DNA from: an uncultured virus (IMG/VR IMGVR_UViG_3300020325_000015)
Lineage: Duplodnaviria > Heunggongvirae > Uroviricota > Caudoviricetes
Reading direction: 5' to 3' (one strand)
IMG/VR virus record: IMGVR_UViG_3300020325_000015
Length of the DNA: 20,000 nucleotides
Shown here: piece after piece, positions 15,601 to 20,000 of the stretch
How positions within the stretch are numbered: position 1 is the stretch's first letter
How the letters are laid out: every line of letters starts with the position of its first letter
Translations under genes and position numbers: made by a program
The notes under the pieces: generated by a model
Database searches by the model: none
Told to the model about the DNA's origin: nothing
Seen by the model: only the letters and a program-made list of their open reading frames with translations

Positions 15601-18600
15601 CTTGTATTTTACCTGATTTTATATTTTTTTCAATTGCAGGTACATTTTCACCTATTTCAGTATTATACTTTGCTGTATATTTAGTTATAGGTTTACCATC
15701 AAGCATAATTGGTTTACCAAAGTTTTTAAACTTTCTTAGCTTTTGTATTTCTTGAATATAATATTTATTAATTTCTTTTCTTTCTTTCTCAGGAAGTCCT
15801 CTTTTAAAATTTAACTCTCTAGCACTAGCCCCAGATTTAGTAAATATAGTCATAGTATCAGCGCCACTATGAAAGAAAAAATTATAATCAAATAAAGGTA
15901 ATAAATTAGTTTTATAATTTGTTATTAACTTATCTATATCTTTTTTACTTTCTATGGGAGGAATATTTTTGTTTACATGTTTTTCTAATACCTTATTTAC
16001 ATCTCCCTTATATAACCTAAATTGTCTATCTAAATTAGTTGCAGGTTTTTCAAACTCAGCGGCATACATACTTTTACTAGCTAATACTATACCTGTTTTT
16101 TTCTTAAATTCACCTGCTGTAACAGGATCTTGTTTAGCAAATTCTATTCTTTCGGTATCAGCTATATCTCGTGCTACTGCATTAATTAAAGATTTTTTTC
16201 TATCACTTTTAACACTAGCAGGTTTACCCGGCGCAATATCTTTTCCTTCATAATAATCTATAAACTCTTGTCTAGTTGGAGGATTTTCTATACTCCAATT
16301 AGCTGCAGGACCTCCACCCATTTGGAAATCTATATAATTTAAAGCACTCGATGAAAGAACGTCGTAGTTTTTATTTAAAAAATTAGTAAAATCTTTAGAT
16401 GTTTTAGTATTTTTACCAAACGTATCTCTAATAGTATTAAAAAGTTGCTTACCAAAAAGATCATTAAATGCTTTAGTTCTTTTCTTAATAAGCTGTTTAT
16501 CAGTTCCTTTTTTGCCTTCTAAATCTTTCTGTGCTTTAATAGTGCCTAATTGAGCTAATTTTCTTTTAAACTCTTTAGTTAAATTTGGTATTATATCTCC
16601 TACAGATTTACCAATATCTATTTTAGCATCTGTTGTTTCTTTTTCTTTTACTTGCTTAGCTTCAGGTTTATCAATTTTATCTTCAACTTTTCTTTTTTCT
16701 CCTTCTTTAAATAAATCTTTTCTAGCATCTAATTTACCAAATCTTGTATTAGCAAATATAAACTCTCCAAAACCTTCAGTACCAACTTTTGTACCATCCG
16801 CTCTTGTTTGTTCAGGATCAAATTTAACTAACCTTTCTGTAACATTGTCAATTATTCTATCTGCTTCTTCTTGGCTTTCAGCTCTACTTCTGATATAGTT
16901 ATTTATAACATTATCTCTTTGAGTTAAAGATTCATATATACGATTAAATATTCTAGGGTTTTGAAAATCTTGTTTAGTTTTAACTGTTTTTGGAACTAAA
17001 TTATTTATATCTTCTAAAACACTTTTAGATGCTTTTATAGTAGACTGTGTATCGCCTCTTAGCAGGCGTTGTAATTCTTCTCTTCTAGCTCTACTTTTAG
17101 GAGTAATATTAAATTCAGACTCAAATTCCTCTATTAAACGTAATTCATCATATAAAGGTTTTTGTTTTTCATCTTTTAATTGTTTTTGTAGCTCTTCTCT
17201 TCGAGCTTTGCTTTTAGGAGTAATTTTAAAATTAGCTTCTAATTCATCTATTGCTTGAAGTTCATCAAAAATACTTTTAGATTCTGTTGTTTTTGTTTTT
17301 TTAGTTTTTTTCTTTTTAGGTTTTTGTACAATTAAATCTCCTTCAAAACCCTCTATAGCACCTCTTATTATAGATTGTCTAATACCACCTTTAGCAATAT
17401 CAGCATTATAATCTTTTATAAAATTAAATACATCTTTACCGGTATTAAATTTTTTTCTAACTCCAAATGATTCTAATATTTGTCTTATAGTATTACCTAT
17501 TTTTTGAAATACATTTTCATTATATTTAATATCTCCAGTAGCAACAGCATCAGCAAATAAAGCTATAACTTCTTCAGCTTGTGTTTCTTGAGGCTTTTCT
17601 TTATATAATTCTAATCTTTTTCTAAACGTAGAATTTTCAACTTGGTTTATATCAATTTTTCCTATTTCTTCACCTAAAGCTAAAGCTAAATTTATAGCAG
17701 TATCAGGATTATCATTTAAAGTTTTGTACAAAATTCCATGTAAAAATTCATGTGCAGCTACATTAACTGCACCTGTTTTTCTAGCAATTTCTTTGTTTAG
17801 TATTATTTCTTGTGTTCCATCTGAATTTTGCAAAATAACACCATCATTGGTATTAGCTAAAACTTTGTATTGCTTTTCGCCTTTTTCTTTTAAATATTTT
17901 CCAACTTCTTTAGAAGATTCAAATGTTTGAAGTGTAATATCTTTGCCAGCTCGCTCTCTTAATTGTTTTCTTAATTGTCTTTTTCTTGATTTAGTTTCTT
18001 CTGTAATTCCAGAAGTATTTTCTTCATCTCTAACTTGATTTAATTCATTTCGAAGTCTTTCTGTTTCTTCTTTACGAGCTTGTTTTAATTTATCAATATT
18101 AGTTCTAACTGTTTCTGTTTGGGTATCAATTTTTTCATCTGCTCTTGTTATAGCACTTTGCTTTATATCAGAAAGTTTAGTTTGTTGTTCTTCAAAATCT
18201 AATTTTAAACCATCTACTATAGTATTTCTTTCTTCTTTAGTAATTGTACCATTATTATATTTAGAATCAGCCTCCTTAATACCTTTTTCTATTTTTTCTA
18301 TTTTATCAGAAATTTTAGAAGCCTCATATATTTCAGTTTCAGACATGTTAGAAAGAATTTTATTATTCTCTAATACAGCATCTGAAACCCGTTGTTTAAT
18401 TTTATTTTTTTGCCTAGTAATGCTTGATTTAACCTGCCTATCTTTTGTACGCTTATATTTGTTTTCTAATTTTTCAATTTCACTAAGCCCATCATCAATT
18501 ATTTTTTGATTTTCTAAAGATTTTATAGCGCCGCTTGCTTTTAATTTATCTTGTTTATCATAAAAAGTTTGGCCCTTTCCTCTTAATACGCCACCACCTA

Positions 18601-19642
18601 CAAATCCTTGTAAATAAGATTCTAAACCTTGTTGAGAAAACATAGTATTCGTCATCTCTCCTAAAGCTTCTTCATTTGTTTTACCTTCGGCTCTAGCTAC
18701 ATTATAACCTTCTAAACCTGTTTGTACAAATTCAGTTAATCCTTCTTTATTACCAGAAAGCAATGTTTTGGTTATACCTTTACCTAATCCTTGTTTTACT
18801 AAAGCATTAGATAAAGACTTACCTGCTCCTTTTAATCCAAAACGTTCTAAAGCACCACTTAATACACCTACGCCAATAGGAGTATCAATTTCATCTTCAC
18901 CATCCTCAATAAGCTCTTCTAAACTTTTTCCTTTTTCTTTAGCAAGTGTTTCGTTATAATCCATATAACCTCTTCCAATAAACTCTGGTATTAAACCTCC
19001 TCCTAATGTTAGCATATTTACAGCAGCACTACTACCAATTGAAGTAATACCATTAACAACACCGGCAGCAATTTCTCCTATATCACCTTCTTTAAAGCCT
19101 TTTACTATTTCTCCTGTTGCACCCCTTGCTTGCATTTCTTCATTTAATTCCTGTATTCTTTTTCTATCTGCAGCAAGAGTTTTATCTGTAATTCTAAAAA
19201 TTTCAGGTATATCTGGATTATTATTAAATTCATCCATTGCTTCTCTACCAAATATAGCTGCCATTAATGAATCTGTACCTAATGTAATATAAGGAGCTGC
19301 TTGCTTAAGCATTGTAGGAACATTTCTTAATGAATTCATCATTTTTTCACCCGCAGATAATTCTTCTGTAGCAGCTTTATTTGCTAGTAAATTTAAAGAT
19401 TCATCTGTAGTTCTAGGTCTTTGTAATTCCAAAGAACCAACTGCCTGCTGTGATACCCCAACGTTTGGTTGAGTCATTCTTCTGCTCCCCACTGCAGGCG
19501 CAGTTGTCTCCACAGTGGGCTCTGTCTTTTCCACGCTTTCTTCTTCTAATAATTGAGCGGTTGGAAAATCTTTTAAAAATTGTTCTTCTCTATCAGGTGA
19601 AACATTGTATTCCACACCATTAACAACATATACTTTAATCAT
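12608..19642 (-). CDS. Giant multidomain protein (2344 aa), probable virion-ejected/polyvalent protein with two HExxH metallopeptidase-like motifs
   Basis: Uninterrupted 7-kb ORF. Gly/Ala-rich amphipathic N-region, coiled coils, HEFLH (aa 631-635), HEKQH (aa 2282-2286) and a helical C-terminal region. Confidence 0.85.
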   Translation of the reverse strand: MIKVYVVNGVEYNVSPDREEQFLKDFPTAQLLEEESVEKTEPTVETTAPAVGSRRMTQPNVGVSQQAVGSLELQRPRTTDESLNLLANKAATEELSAGEKMMNSLRNVPTMLKQAAPYITLGTDSLMAAIFGREAMDEFNNNPDIPEIFRITDKTLAADRKRIQELNEEMQARGATGEIVKGFKEGDIGEIAAGVVNGITSIGSSAAVNMLTLGGGLIPEFIGRGYMDYNETLAKEKGKSLEELIEDGEDEIDTPIGVGVLSGALERFGLKGAGKSLSNALVKQGLGKGITKTLLSGNKEGLTEFVQTGLEGYNVARAEGKTNEEALGEMTNTMFSQQGLESYLQGFVGGGVLRGKGQTFYDKQDKLKASGAIKSLENQKIIDDGLSEIEKLENKYKRTKDRQVKSSITRQKNKIKQRVSDAVLENNKILSNMSETEIYEASKISDKIEKIEKGIKEADSKYNNGTITKEERNTIVDGLKLDFEEQQTKLSDIKQSAITRADEKIDTQTETVRTNIDKLKQARKEETERLRNELNQVRDEENTSGITEETKSRKRQLRKQLRERAGKDITLQTFESSKEVGKYLKEKGEKQYKVLANTNDGVILQNSDGTQEIILNKEIARKTGAVNVAAHEFLHGILYKTLNDNPDTAINLALALGEEIGKIDINQVENSTFRKRLELYKEKPQETQAEEVIALFADAVATGDIKYNENVFQKIGNTIRQILESFGVRKKFNTGKDVFNFIKDYNADIAKGGIRQSIIRGAIEGFEGDLIVQKPKKKKTKKTKTTESKSIFDELQAIDELEANFKITPKSKARREELQKQLKDEKQKPLYDELRLIEEFESEFNITPKSRARREELQRLLRGDTQSTIKASKSVLEDINNLVPKTVKTKQDFQNPRIFNRIYESLTQRDNVINNYIRSRAESQEEADRIIDNVTERLVKFDPEQTRADGTKVGTEGFGEFIFANTRFGKLDARKDLFKEGEKRKVEDKIDKPEAKQVKEKETTDAKIDIGKSVGDIIPNLTKEFKRKLAQLGTIKAQKDLEGKKGTDKQLIKKRTKAFNDLFGKQLFNTIRDTFGKNTKTSKDFTNFLNKNYDVLSSSALNYIDFQMGGGPAANWSIENPPTRQEFIDYYEGKDIAPGKPASVKSDRKKSLINAVARDIADTERIEFAKQDPVTAGEFKKKTGIVLASKSMYAAEFEKPATNLDRQFRLYKGDVNKVLEKHVNKNIPPIESKKDIDKLITNYKTNLLPLFDYNFFFHSGADTMTIFTKSGASARELNFKRGLPEKERKEINKYYIQEIQKLRKFKNFGKPIMLDGKPITKYTAKYNTEIGENVPAIEKNIKSGKIQAFNRKWGTIHKEMWNRLDKYINSLEGDKKTNAAITVAQYMKLSASNDNHPNRLGAQFVGYSTKPVGFTTDKGKFKLIEWEHAMPQTGAYMYLLDSILDTSRNFNLDYAAVVNNFKLLALDKADDVKLTNAGYQRTMPEGWKVFQNSWLERYLNPTVALFDDGIDPTKIKLLNGKTIAETYSVNESGQLSESSVKASQSLSDDFNDILQEVKGVDSKARYSDARAAKLGKKNNPFKFFVPYSAEDYMGLIYPTLGKGKTGDKNLEWYKENIINPYAEGIKNYESAKIVALKAWEDLKSKIKNTPAKLNKEAVRDFTNEDAIRLYLWDKQKVLPEGVSKKDIKALKKHVESNPELLAFANQIQGLTIDGYPEPTGDWLAGTITTDLVNYTNTVSRKKFLEKWQENVDIVYSKENMNKLRALYGDNYVEALQDMLHRMKTGRNRPTGANKLTNQFMNWVNDSVGTIMFFNTRSALLQTISSVNYLNWSDNNPIKAAQAFANQKQYWSDFAEIFNSDFLKSRRSGLKTDVNADEIARTAETSQNKVRAALSYILKKGFLPTQMADSFAISIGGAAFYRNRINKYKQDGLSETEAKEKAFLDFKEITEESQQSSRPDRVSMQQASPLGRVILAFANTPMQYARLTKKAALDLINNRGDWKTNLSKLAYYGAVQNIIFTALQGAMFSMLFDDEEDDEKEKEKYGRVANGIADTLLRGAGVAGAAVATAKNMVVKAIDEYQSGRPNYEKVANEITTLSPPINSKLRKLQSAGRAFTYKQSLEKMREEGPLSIDNPAYMAAAQTLSAVANIPLDRALRKMENLKASVDSDTEVWQRISLMLGYNKWDLGLKDKEIEQERERKALQKYLLKSSKLRTPKYKTKSNRNIRQTGKKISTRTKRGRIGRSNLQKNLPEGVLGRANNDGTIDIKPGLPKEKRKKVIAHEKQHIKDMKSGQLNYDADYVYWKNNKYKRTNGHVIYNGKKYEDGHPKLPWEAKANKAEQKVS
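17060..17275 (-). repeat. Intragenic tandem duplication, 117-bp (39-aa) period
   Basis: IFDELQAIDELEANFKITPKSKARREELQKQL versus LYDELRLIEEFESEFNITPKSRARREELQRLL; the DEL Asp codons at 17264 and 17147 are 117 bp apart. Confidence 0.85.
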
Positions 19643-19648
19643 ATTATT

Positions 19649-19999
19649 TTATTGAGAATTATATTGGTTATTTCTGGTTTTAGCTGCTCTTTGTGATCCT
19701 AAAATGTTATCCGTTTTAGGCCCACTTAAATACCCTGCATTATCCATACTTGATGCAGTATATCCCATTAAAGGCATTCCATTGGCTTGTCGTATTAACT
19801 CCTGTATTTCCATAGGATTTGCATTAAATGGAATAAATATTGAGGAACCAGCAGGATTTAAAGGATTTTGTACAAACATACCCTTAGGTTGGCCATGTTC
19901 AGTTATTATAGATTCTAATTTTTTATTTTTATAATTAGGAACTACTGTATCATCTTCAAATTCTATACTTTGAGCAGTTAATCCTAACCTTGATAAATC
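19649..19999 (-). CDS. Hypothetical, likely virion protein (C-terminal part; gene starts beyond the window)
   Basis: Frame is open from 19999 (DLSRLGLTAQSIEFEDD...) into listed ORF 19649..19879 and ends 6 bp before the giant gene ATG. Confidence 0.75.
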   Translation of the reverse strand, partial: DLSRLGLTAQSIEFEDDTVVPNYKNKKLESIITEHGQPKGMFVQNPLNPAGSSIFIPFNANPMEIQELIRQANGMPLMGYTASSMDNAGYLSGPKTDNILGSQRAAKTRNNQYNSQ

Positions 20000-20000
20000 A

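Noticed and set aside
12608..19642. Giant ORF as a crAss-like or N4-like virion RNA polymerase
   Set aside because: The size is comparable, but I found no DxDxD (DFDID/DFDGD-type) catalytic motif or T7-type polymerase motifs in the translation.
11940..19934. ORFs nested in or antisense to the minus-arm genes (11940..12149, 11944..12144, 12038..12391, 12864..13385, 15954..16253, 17724..17930, 18768..18959, 19704..19934)
   Set aside because: Most are Phe/Leu/Ser-rich mirror translations of Lys/Glu-rich sense genes, and 11940..12149 is an off-frame same-strand shadow; none is a credible protein.
1..20000. CRISPR arrays, tRNA/rRNA genes, IS elements, integrase
   Set aside because: Coding density is near complete with only short gaps; I saw no spaced direct repeats, cloverleaf motifs or transposase/integrase signatures.

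Overview
AT-rich segment of a tailed dsDNA phage genome. The host is most likely a Bacteroidetes/Flavobacteriia member: start codons have A-rich leaders without Shine-Dalgarno sites, one protein has a signal peptide followed by Gln, and the class I RNR is of the compact flavobacterial type. Two arms converge at a bidirectional intrinsic terminator (~11521-11553). The + arm (1-11521) is a tightly packed replication and nucleotide-metabolism module: partial sigma-70-like factor, ERF annealase, RecE/ExoVIII-like PD-(D/E)XK nuclease, SSB, T7 gp4/Twinkle-like primase-helicase, a thymidylate synthase homolog, a GIY-YIG/MazG fusion, a second MazG-like protein, a T7 endonuclease I-like resolvase, nrdB, a Zn-ribbon/membrane ORF and nrdA. 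The - arm encodes probable virion/ejected proteins, including a 2344-aa modular protein. The top observation is that the ThyA homolog has Asp at the pyrimidine-specificity Asn (PYDIA instead of PFNIA) and sits next to a GIY-YIG-MazG fusion and a second MazG-like gene. This suggests a cytosine-modification system (dCMP methylase or hydroxymethylase, dCTPase, nuclease). The giant protein has two HExxH motifs, a sigma-region-2-like segment and an HNH-like segment, separated by recurring xASKS-type linkers. All assignments come from motif recognition by eye; no searches were run.
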